From positions 1-25,530 of the forward strand of contig CBFGJV010000025.1 in NCBI GenBank assembly GCA_965649205.1: a stretch of 25,530 nt of DNA, written 5' to 3'. The stretch is from a candidate division WOR-3 bacterium. Lineage in GTDB: Bacteria > Hydrothermota > Tepidihabitantia > Tepidihabitantales > Tepidihabitantaceae. This document shows positions 9,113 to 16,899 of this stretch, one piece after another. The notes beneath the pieces are model-generated. The model had not been told where the DNA came from, did not search any database, and saw nothing but the letters and a program-made list of their open reading frames with translations. Every line of letters starts with the position of its first letter. Positions within the stretch are counted from its first letter, which is position 1. The translations under genes and the position numbers were made by a program.

Positions 9113-10225
9113 GTGCGTGTCGGAATAAACGCCACTATTCTGGACGACAAACCCAGTGGGCTAGGAGTGTTTACTAGGCAATTGGTCAACCACTTGGTTC
9201 CCATGTTGGAGGATTATTTAGTTTTTTCTTCTTGTTTTGAAGGCGTAAATGTACCGCCAGCGAGGCGTTACCCTGTGAAGTCTGCGGTGAGTCCCTCCCT
9301 CGGTAGAAAAGGACATCTGGCTCGATGGACGTGGCTACAGTATAGGCTTCCTTTGATTATGAGAAAACACCGGATTGATGTTTTGCTTTCAACTGTTCCA
9401 GAAGGTATAGTTTTAGATAAAGTGAAGCAGGTGGTTGTAGTACATGATCTTAGCCCCCTGGTTTTTCCTGATATATATCCGAGGCTTCATTTCTACTTTC
9501 GTTTTGTCGTTCCGCGCCTCTTGCGCTGTGCCCGTTATGTGGTTTGTGATTCTGAATTTACCCGTAGCGAGGTCAAACGCTGCTATGGCATTTCTGGGGA
9601 AAAGGTAAAGGTTATTTACGCGGGTTCCAACATCACCTCGGTTTGTAGAGAAGAAGTTGAGCGCGTCAGGAGTCACTACGGTCTTGACGAGTACATATTA
9701 TGCGTTGCCAGCGAACTGTCCCCACGCAAGAAAATTCCTTTTGTTCTCAGTTCACTGGCGGATTTCTTGCGCAAGCCTGGTTCACCCAAGCTGGCCATTA
9801 TTGGCAAGAAAGACCCGCGTGCCCTGCCTGAGATATGTGACCTGCTGGTGCGAGAAAAGATAGACACTCGGGTTTTGCTGCTGGGTTATGTGCCAGAAGG
9901 AGATTTGGGGGCATTGTATGCTGGTGCGAGGTTATTGCTGTATTCAAGTGCTTATGAAGGGTTCGGTTTTCCGGTACTGGAGGGAATGGCGGCTGGTACT
10001 CCGGTAGTGACCTTTGACGTGAGTTCACTGCCGGAAGTCTCGGGTGATGCGGCCGTTCTGGTGCCCCCGGACGACCCCGTGGCTCTGGTGAACTCTGTGT
10101 GTCGTGTGCTCAGCGATGATGTCTATGCCGCATCGCTTGTAGCTCGAGGTTTCGACCGAGTGCAGTTTTTCTCTTGGCAGAAATCCGCAAGGGAGTTTTA
10201 CGAAATACTTGTTCGTATTTCATGA
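9113..10225 (+). CDS. Glycosyltransferase family 4
   Basis: MRVGINA...SGLG, VHDLSP, EGFGFPVLEGMAAG and SLPEVSGDAA. Confidence 0.93.
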   Translation: MRVGINATILDDKPSGLGVFTRQLVNHLVPMLEDYLVFSSCFEGVNVPPARRYPVKSAVSPSLGRKGHLARWTWLQYRLPLIMRKHRIDVLLSTVPEGIVLDKVKQVVVVHDLSPLVFPDIYPRLHFYFRFVVPRLLRCARYVVCDSEFTRSEVKRCYGISGEKVKVIYAGSNITSVCREEVERVRSHYGLDEYILCVASELSPRKKIPFVLSSLADFLRKPGSPKLAIIGKKDPRALPEICDLLVREKIDTRVLLLGYVPEGDLGALYAGARLLLYSSAYEGFGFPVLEGMAAGTPVVTFDVSSLPEVSGDAAVLVPPDDPVALVNSVCRVLSDDVYAASLVARGFDRVQFFSWQKSAREFYEILVRIS

Positions 10226-11322
10226 GGGTGCTTTTTCTAAGTGGTTCATTCCCGCCTAACCTTTGCGGGATTGGTGATTATACGTGGCGGCTAGGCACGG
10301 CACTGGCGGACAAGAATGTGGAAGTTGGTGTGTTGACCTTGAACGGTGGACAGACTCAGTCTGGACGTATGCGGGTGTTTTCTGTCGCAGAAAAGTGGGG
10401 GGTTCTTGAGGTTCCTAGGCTACGGGGATATGTGAAGTTTTTCCGACCGGACATAGTCCATCTGCAGTATCCCGGCGCGGGTTATGGGCATTCTTTGGGG
10501 CCGCATTTTTTGGCTCTGAGCGTGGCTATGCAGCGGTTACCACTTGTTATTACCGCACACGAGTTCAAAGTTGTGCATATGTTGCGTAGGCTTAGCATTG
10601 CTGCTCTTTTGCCTTGGGCGAGGGCTGTAGTCTTCACTACCGAATCTGAAAGACAGTGTGCCGTTGGTTTCTGGCGTAAACTAGGCTGGCGACTAGAGCG
10701 AACGAGAGTAATTTGTATTGGTAGCAATCTTCCTAACTTGGAGGAGTGTATCCAGCCTGATCCAGATTTAGTTTCCTATTGGGGGATGTTTCATAGGGGC
10801 AAAGGATTAGAGCAGCTTCTTTCAGGATTTCGCAAGGCGTTTAGTCAGCATTCCGGTTTACGATTACAATTGGTGGGCGGGTTGCGTCCCAGTGACGTTG
10901 CTTATTTTGCAGAATTAAAGCGTACCATAGCCCAAATGGGATTGGACGGCCACGTGGAACTGCGTACGGATTGTCCAGGAGAGGAGGTAGTGCGGCTTCT
11001 GCAGAGAAGTGGTGCCGTGGTGCTTCCTTTTGTGGATGGCGCCACCTTCAGACGTGGTACGTTAGTGGCGGCTTTGAAACTGGGGCTCCCGGTGATTACA
11101 ACCCGGGGACCAGATACACCGGCCGATCTCGTAGATGGAGTAAACATTATCTTCGCTGATTCGGCGGACGAGATTGCCGAAGGCTTAGTGAGGTTACGAG
11201 GAGATGTTGTGTTACGTAACACCATCAGCGAAAATGCCAAAGCACTGGCAGGACGGTTTAGTTGGGAAGCTATAGCGGCTGAACACGTGGTGCTGTATTG
11301 TGATATCCTGGGGCAGAAATGA
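10222..11322 (+). CDS. Glycosyltransferase family 4 (non-canonical EX7E region)
   Basis: MRVLFLSGSFPP..CGIGDYT, VHLQYP, TAHE, KGLE and FSWEAIA. The likely start is ATG 10222 (ATGA overlap). Confidence 0.88.
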   Translation: MRVLFLSGSFPPNLCGIGDYTWRLGTALADKNVEVGVLTLNGGQTQSGRMRVFSVAEKWGVLEVPRLRGYVKFFRPDIVHLQYPGAGYGHSLGPHFLALSVAMQRLPLVITAHEFKVVHMLRRLSIAALLPWARAVVFTTESERQCAVGFWRKLGWRLERTRVICIGSNLPNLEECIQPDPDLVSYWGMFHRGKGLEQLLSGFRKAFSQHSGLRLQLVGGLRPSDVAYFAELKRTIAQMGLDGHVELRTDCPGEEVVRLLQRSGAVVLPFVDGATFRRGTLVAALKLGLPVITTRGPDTPADLVDGVNIIFADSADEIAEGLVRLRGDVVLRNTISENAKALAGRFSWEAIAAEHVVLYCDILGQK

Positions 11323-12437
11323 TAACAGGTACTTCCATTTGGCCGAATTTACGAGTTGTCCTCGTTCATGACTGGTTGTTGGGAACGCGAGGAGGAGAAC
11401 GGGTGTTTGAGTTGCTGTGCCAGCTGTTCCCTCAGGCTCCGGTTTTTACACTTCTTTACCGTCCGGAGGTTTCCGGGCCCGCCGTGAATCGGCATGTGGT
11501 GACTACCTCTTTTCTCCAACGGATTCCTGCTGTACATAGGTTTCATCGCTACTTGCTACCGTTTATGCCTGCGGCGATAGAGTCACTACGGCTGCCGGAA
11601 GCTGACCTTGTTATCAGTTCCAGTCATTGTGTAGCGAAAGGGGTGAGACCCCCTAGGGGAGCTAAACATTTATGTTACTGCCATACACCAATGCGCTACG
11701 TATGGGGTTTCCGAGAAGAGTATTTCGGCCGCAAAACTCTAAAGAGTCTACTCGCTACGCCTTTGCTTGCGGCTCTGAAGAAATGGGACCGTAATAGTGC
11801 GAAGCGAGTAAACCTTTTCGTGGCCAACAGCCGTAACGTACAAGCTAGAATCCGGCACGCCTACGGTTGCGAGGCTGATGTGGTGAATCCTCCTGTGGAT
11901 ACAGAACGTTGGACGCCAGATGGGAGCAAACCAGGCGATTATGACCTTATTGTTTCCGGACTTTCGATTCTGAAACGAGTCGATCTGGCCGTGCGCGCCT
12001 ATACGAGAATGCGGCGTAGACTCGTTGTGGCTGGCGAAGGTCCGATGAGAAAATACTTAGAACAAATAGCCGGTCCTAATGTGCAGTTTCTGGGTAGATG
12101 TACGGACGAAGAGATACTCAGTTTGTATCGCCGTTGTCGTCTGCTTGTATTCCCAGGTGTAGATGATTTTGGGATGGTACCGGTGGAGGTACAGGCCTGC
12201 GGCAGACCTGTGGTAGCGTTCGGCCAGGGCGGCGCCTTGGAAACAGTGGTTCCGGGTGTTACTGGCGTCTTCTTTTACGAACCAACAGAAGATGCTCTGA
12301 TTGCAGCCGTTGAAGAGTGTTCGCGCATAGAATGGGACCCGGAAACTATACGTGCCCAAGCAAAGCGGTTTGACACTAGTTCCTTTTTGAAAGGATTAAC
12401 GGCCAGTATCAGCAAGTGCCTAGGTACGAAGAAATAG
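11319..12437 (+). CDS. Glycosyltransferase family 4
   Basis: VHDWL..RGGERV, YCHTPMRYVW and DDFGMVPVEVQACG. ATGA start overlapping the upstream stop region. Confidence 0.93.
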   Translation: MITGTSIWPNLRVVLVHDWLLGTRGGERVFELLCQLFPQAPVFTLLYRPEVSGPAVNRHVVTTSFLQRIPAVHRFHRYLLPFMPAAIESLRLPEADLVISSSHCVAKGVRPPRGAKHLCYCHTPMRYVWGFREEYFGRKTLKSLLATPLLAALKKWDRNSAKRVNLFVANSRNVQARIRHAYGCEADVVNPPVDTERWTPDGSKPGDYDLIVSGLSILKRVDLAVRAYTRMRRRLVVAGEGPMRKYLEQIAGPNVQFLGRCTDEEILSLYRRCRLLVFPGVDDFGMVPVEVQACGRPVVAFGQGGALETVVPGVTGVFFYEPTEDALIAAVEECSRIEWDPETIRAQAKRFDTSSFLKGLTASISKCLGTKK

Positions 12438-12463
12438 GACGAAGTACTCTAGTGAGACATAAC

Positions 12464-13609
12464 ATGTTTAGTCTTCCGGCCGTGCTGGCATTCTGGCTAC
12501 CACTCGTACTGGTGGGGTATAACTGGCTTTTCTTTCCGCTTGTGCTTTTCTTACTGGTTAAAATGAAGGGCAGGAAGAGGATTACCGAGAGTACAGATTG
12601 GGAACTGCCGTTTGTTTCAATTGTCATAGCGGCGCACAATGAGCAGGATACCATCAGGCAGAAGCTTGAGAATTGTCTGTCTCTTGACTATCCGGCAGAC
12701 AAGCTCGACATCGTGGTGGTGTCTGATGGCTCAGACGACAATACGGATTCTATCGTGCAGGAGTTCTTAATTCGCGGAGTGAGGTTATTGCGACAGGAAA
12801 CACGGAGGGGAAAAGCAGCGGCTTTAAATCTGGCCATGCGAGAGCTTAAAGGAGACTTAGTGCTTTTTACTGACGCTGATGTACTAATTGACCCACTGGC
12901 GCTTCGTACCATGGTCGACAGGTTCAAAGACAGAGCCGTGGGAGTAGTGCATGCCCATTATCGTCGTTTGAATCAACAGGGCAATCCGGCAGAAGGTCTT
13001 TTCGATCGCTATGAAGCCGCGCTTAAGAACCTTGAAGGTAAGGTGGGGGCGATGGTAGGGGCGTATGGCTGGTCCTTGATGCTGCGGAGGGAGTTGTGTC
13101 AACCTATTCCGGAGGATACTATATTAGACGACTTCTTGCTGGGAATTCGTCCTTTTAGGGCAGGTTTCGCAGTTGTCTATGAGCAAGGGGCGTTCTGCTG
13201 GACACGTACGGAGGAAGAGAAAGTAGAGTTCGGACGAAAGGTCAGAATAAGCCGTGGCAATGTCCAAGCGTTCAGTCGTTGTCTGGACCTGTTTCATCCG
13301 AGATATGGTGTGAAGGCCTGGGTGCTTTTTTCGCATAAGTTTCTTCGCTGGATTACGCCGTTTCTACTGATTTCAATCTTCATATCTAGTGCTGTTTTGG
13401 CTGACTATGTTTTTTTTCGGGCTGTTTTTCTTATGCAACTGGTTGTTTACCTGACTATACCTTTTCTGTTTATTGTTCCGCGCAGGATACGTAGATTTAT
13501 GTTTCCCCAGTACTATTTGCTACAAAATCTGGCCCTTGTGGTTGGTTATTGGCAGTATCTGTTCAGGAAGTCGACCAGTCCCTGGCAGAGAACGTCGCGA
13601 GGTGGGTGA
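12464..13609 (+). CDS. Membrane glycosyltransferase family 2 (cellulose-synthase-like subgroup)
   Basis: N-terminal TM segment, VSIVIAAHNE, SDGSDD, GKAAALN, FTDAD, LDDF, RKVRI and C-terminal TM segments. ATG 12464 is preferred over GTG 12416. Confidence 0.9.
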   Translation: MFSLPAVLAFWLPLVLVGYNWLFFPLVLFLLVKMKGRKRITESTDWELPFVSIVIAAHNEQDTIRQKLENCLSLDYPADKLDIVVVSDGSDDNTDSIVQEFLIRGVRLLRQETRRGKAAALNLAMRELKGDLVLFTDADVLIDPLALRTMVDRFKDRAVGVVHAHYRRLNQQGNPAEGLFDRYEAALKNLEGKVGAMVGAYGWSLMLRRELCQPIPEDTILDDFLLGIRPFRAGFAVVYEQGAFCWTRTEEEKVEFGRKVRISRGNVQAFSRCLDLFHPRYGVKAWVLFSHKFLRWITPFLLISIFISSAVLADYVFFRAVFLMQLVVYLTIPFLFIVPRRIRRFMFPQYYLLQNLALVVGYWQYLFRKSTSPWQRTSRGG

Positions 13610-13708
13610 AGCATCACTGGGCACGGGGTTTGTGGCCTTCCAGTATCCGTTAGCTACCGCGTTTTTCGGACATGGTGGTCTTCAGGGGAATGATGTGCTT
13701 TGGGGAGA

Positions 13709-13736
13709 TTGACACTTGCGTACTCGGGTCTAAAAT
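13709..13736 (+). promoter_or_regulatory. ssrA promoter
   Basis: TTGACA-N16-TAAAAT, 40 nt upstream of the mature tmRNA 5' end. Confidence 0.8.
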
Positions 13737-13776
13737 AATTTTACAATTTGGAGTGAAAACCTACAGAACCTCGTAT

Positions 13777-14129
13777 GGGGGCGACTTGGCTTCGACGGGG
13801 TGCCTGAAGGGCCTGGGTGCATGGCGAGGTTCCTCTGTCACCTCGTAAATCATGATAGAGGAAATACAGCTGCCAACAACAGCTACGCACTGGCTGCCTA
13901 ACATACCTGGTAGCCCCTCGAACCGCGAGTTCACCCGGCGCGGACTCGGGGTATAACAGGGTGATGAAGGCTGGCTTTGAGCCTCAGGAAGTCAGCCGGA
14001 TAATTGCTGAGGCTGGCTCGTCTCCGCCTGTCGTTCGGCTAAGAGGTGAGCGAGAGCGAAAGAACGACTAACCATGTAGATCCCTGGCTCTGAACTCCCC
14101 GGACGCGGGTTCGATTCCCGCCGCCTCCA
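13777..14129 (+). ncRNA. ssrA: tmRNA (one-piece, 353 nt); tag (A)ANNSYALAA at 13872-13901
   Basis: 5' GGGGGCG...GGCTTCGAC; 3' GGACGCGGGTTCGATTCCCGCCGCCTCCA. Acceptor stem GGGGGCG/CGCCTCC with the G3-U alanine determinant. Tag frame GCC AAC AAC AGC TAC GCA CTG GCT GCC TAA. Confidence 0.97.
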
Positions 14130-14157
14130 TTCTTTTCTGATTTGCGAACCATCGGAC

Positions 14158-14688
14158 GTGTTAGGACGTTTCCAGAATACCCGTTTGCTTCTCTTGGTAT
14201 TAGTGGCAATTATTAGTATGCTAAGATGTTCGGTGTTATACACTGTTCGTCCCAGGTATGCCCGGCCCCCGGGTACCAAAACAGTTCAAGTTATTCCGGA
14301 GGGTAAAGACTCAAGGCAGGGCAGGTTGGCTTGGCCAGTTGTCGGCAAAGTAGTCCAGGGGTTCGGGCTGAGGTTGGATACTCTGTACGGTACAAGAACA
14401 AACAGCTTAGGATTGGATATTGAGTGCGCGGGGGGAGCCCCTGTGAGGGCGGCAGATTCTGGTATGGTCAGCTTCGCGGAAAGATTTATGGGATACGGCT
14501 TGATGGTGATTGTGGACCACGGAAGCAGGTTGCACACCGTATATTCTCGACTGACGGATACGAGGGTACAGCCCGGAGATGTAGTTAAGCGGGGACAGAT
14601 AATTGGTTTTGCTTCAGATACGCTGCATTTTGAAATACGCAAGGAGGGTCGAGCAGTTGATCCAAGACAGTGGCTGGCTCCGCCTTGA
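14158..14688 (+). CDS. Exported LytM/M23-domain protein, probably catalytically degenerate (EnvC/NlpD-like)
   Basis: Hydrophobic N-terminus, WPVVGKVV..FG, GLDI, VRAADSG.V, GYGLMVIVDH and LHFEIR..G..VDP. The start is uncertain. Confidence 0.85.
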   Translation: MLGRFQNTRLLLLVLVAIISMLRCSVLYTVRPRYARPPGTKTVQVIPEGKDSRQGRLAWPVVGKVVQGFGLRLDTLYGTRTNSLGLDIECAGGAPVRAADSGMVSFAERFMGYGLMVIVDHGSRLHTVYSRLTDTRVQPGDVVKRGQIIGFASDTLHFEIRKEGRAVDPRQWLAPP

Positions 14689-14720
14689 CGAGGGAATGGC
14701 GTGGTTAAAGTAACCATTTC

Positions 14721-14748
14721 TTGACTTGGACTTTTTGGCGGGTATATC
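14721..14748 (+). promoter_or_regulatory. possible fabH promoter
   Basis: TTGACT-N16-TATATC. The -10 lacks the final T; it lies 12 nt before ATG 14761 with no Shine-Dalgarno. Confidence 0.4.
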
Positions 14749-14760
14749 TCTTAGTCTTCA

Positions 14761-15741
14761 ATGAAGAATATCAAGATAGTCGGTACTGGCAGATGTTTGC
14801 CTGAAAAAACGCTTACGAATGCCGATCTAGAAAAGATGGTGGACACCAGTAACGAGTGGATAGTCGAGCGTACAGGGATCAGAGAACGACGAATTGCCGA
14901 CGAGAATACGGCAACCTCGGATCTGGTTGCCGAGGCGTTGTTGAAGGCCTGCAAGCAAGCGGGCGTAGAGCCTTCTCGATTGGATGCGATAGTGGTAGCC
15001 ACTTCCACTCCGGATACAGTCTACCCTGCTACGGGATGCTGGGTGCAGAGAAGGTTGGGAATCTCTGGTATGCCGGCTTTTGACATAAGTGCTGGTTGCT
15101 CCGGCTTTCTTTTTGCGTTAGAGGTTGGCGCTGACCTTATCGTCGCCGGCCAGGCCAGCACAGTGGCGGTGGCTGGAGGAGAGGTCATGTCCAAGGTCGT
15201 AAACTGGCGTGACCGTGCTACCTGTGTTCTTTTTGGCGACGGCGCGGGTGTGGCGGTGATTACACAGGGAGACGGGAAAAGCGGAATTCTTTCTTCTAAT
15301 TGGGGCTGTGATGGTACTCTGGCGCATTTGCTTTACCAGCCCGCAGGAGGAACTAGGATGCCCACAACTAAAGAGACTGTGGAACGAATGGCTCATACAG
15401 TTCATATGGAGGGCAATCAGGTATTCAAGCATGCAGTGCGTACCATGGGCAGTGCGGCGCTGAAAGCTTTGCATGATGCTGGAGTGAGCAAGGACGATAT
15501 CAAGCTGCTTATTCCCCACCAAGCCAATTTGCGGATCATGGAAGCAACAAGAGAGCGGACGGGAATTTCTGCGGAAAAAATGTATAATGTATTGTATAAG
15601 TATGGAAATATGTCTGCCGCAACTATTCCGGTTGCTTTGGACGAAGCGAGAGAAGGCGGATTGTTACGTGACGGAGATTTGGTTCTGATGACCGCTTTCG
15701 GGACTGGTTTTACCTGGGCAGCAGCTGTTGTCCGTATGTAA
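14761..15741 (+). CDS. fabH: 3-oxoacyl-ACP synthase III
   Basis: DTSNEWIVERTGIRERR; catalytic triad in AGCSGF (Cys), PHQAN (His) and GNMSAA (Asn); LFGDGAG; AFGTGFTW. Confidence 0.96.
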   Translation: MKNIKIVGTGRCLPEKTLTNADLEKMVDTSNEWIVERTGIRERRIADENTATSDLVAEALLKACKQAGVEPSRLDAIVVATSTPDTVYPATGCWVQRRLGISGMPAFDISAGCSGFLFALEVGADLIVAGQASTVAVAGGEVMSKVVNWRDRATCVLFGDGAGVAVITQGDGKSGILSSNWGCDGTLAHLLYQPAGGTRMPTTKETVERMAHTVHMEGNQVFKHAVRTMGSAALKALHDAGVSKDDIKLLIPHQANLRIMEATRERTGISAEKMYNVLYKYGNMSAATIPVALDEAREGGLLRDGDLVLMTAFGTGFTWAAAVVRM

Positions 15742-15812
15742 GTGGAAAGTATGTTCATTAATATCAGGGCGAACGTCCCTGACAGGGGTCAGGCAGTAAA
15801 CGGAGTGTTGTA

Positions 15813-16532
15813 GTGCGTTGGATAGGGGCGGAAACATTTCTGGCCAGTCTGCCACGGGTAGTAGTTTTTTGTGGAGGATATGGTTCAGGTAAGACTGAAG
15901 TCGCCGTAAATTTTGCGTTGCATCTGGCCAGCGAAGGAAGAAAAGTGCAACTGGCGGACTTAGATATAGTAAATCTATATTTTCGCAGCCGTGAGGTTAG
16001 AGAGGAACTGGCTTCTCGAGGGGTGCGTGTACTGGTTCCAGAGGAACCCCTTGCGCGTGCGGACCTTCCTGTAATTCTTCCAGAGGTGAAGGGCGCTATC
16101 GAGCATACAGATGGGGTTTTGGTACTGGACGTAGGAGGAGACCCGATAGGAGCAAGAGTACTTGGCGGTATGGCGCACGCGTTGCTGGCGGCTGAGCATG
16201 CCAATCTATTTGTTGTGAATTCAAGAAGGCCGTTTACTGATACGCCAGAGAAAACTGGGCGTATGATTGCAGAAATCGGTCGGGTATCCGGAGTGCCGAT
16301 TACCGGTATGGTGGTGAATTCGCATCTAATTGACGAGACTACGCTGGCGGTGGTTGAAGAAGGAATCAGGTTGGCTGAAGAGGTGCAAAGGGATACAGGC
16401 ATCGGTATAGCCTTTGTTGCGGTAGGTCAGCAGGTTTTGAGAGAAATTGACCCCGCAAGGTGGAGATATCCGATAATGGTGTTGGCCAGGCATATGTTAA
16501 AGCCTTGGGAGACTGAAGGAGATTTAGCATGA
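15813..16532 (+). CDS. Uncharacterised P-loop NTPase (MinD/CbiA-like)
   Basis: Walker A GGYGSGKT, ADLDIVNLYFRSRE and LDVGGD. GGAG Shine-Dalgarno 7 nt before the GTG. Confidence 0.85.
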   Translation: MRWIGAETFLASLPRVVVFCGGYGSGKTEVAVNFALHLASEGRKVQLADLDIVNLYFRSREVREELASRGVRVLVPEEPLARADLPVILPEVKGAIEHTDGVLVLDVGGDPIGARVLGGMAHALLAAEHANLFVVNSRRPFTDTPEKTGRMIAEIGRVSGVPITGMVVNSHLIDETTLAVVEEGIRLAEEVQRDTGIGIAFVAVGQQVLREIDPARWRYPIMVLARHMLKPWETEGDLA

Positions 16533-16621
16533 ATAGGACAGTCAAAAGGTTTGCTGTCCGGGTCCTGTAGGTCTTCAGGTGCTAGAACGGGTCTGTCAGC
16601 GACTCTAATTTGAGGAGAAAC

Positions 16622-16897
16622 ATGGCTAAGAAAAAGGTTACTACAACGATTGATAAGAATCGTTGCAAAGGTTGTGAATTGTGTGTGAACGTGTGTCCTA
16701 ACAAAGTACTAGCGATGTCGCAGGACATAAATGACAAAGGTTATTTCTACGCCCAGGTGGTGAATCAAGCCGCTTGTACTGCTTGCCGGTTCTGTGTAAT
16801 GCAGTGTCCGGATGTCGCTATAACCCTGGCAGTTGAAGAGCCTGAGGCTGAGTCGCAGGTTGCTGGCGTCAGTCCGGAACAGAAGAAGGGAGTTTAG
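16622..16897 (+). CDS. 2x[4Fe-4S] ferredoxin-like delta subunit of 2-oxoacid:ferredoxin oxidoreductase
   Basis: CKGCELCVNVCP and CTACRFCVMQCP; GAGGAG Shine-Dalgarno before ATG 16622. Confidence 0.93.
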   Translation: MAKKKVTTTIDKNRCKGCELCVNVCPNKVLAMSQDINDKGYFYAQVVNQAACTACRFCVMQCPDVAITLAVEEPEAESQVAGVSPEQKKGV

Positions 16898-16899
16898 CT

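Noticed and set aside
12370..12397. TTGACACTAGT inside a GT4, identical to the 11-mer at 3628, as an internal promoter for the GT2
   Set aside because: There is no credible -10 box at 16-17 bp (AGGATT), and it lies in coding sequence.
2391..13776. Polysaccharide cluster as a genomic island integrated at ssrA
   Set aside because: It lies 5' of ssrA, shows no integrase or att duplication, and uses the same promoter style as the core genes.
13992..14279. 95-aa minus-strand ORF containing WRRRESNPRP
   Set aside because: It is the antisense translation of the tmRNA T-arm, a well-known artefact.
16530..16613. Selenocysteine readthrough of the NTPase TGA: a hairpin with a bulged U follows and the frame stays open for 26 codons
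   Set aside because: The position is not a Cys-like catalytic site, the protein looks complete at KPWE, the extension is Ser/Gly-rich, and the stem starts only 3 nt after the UGA.
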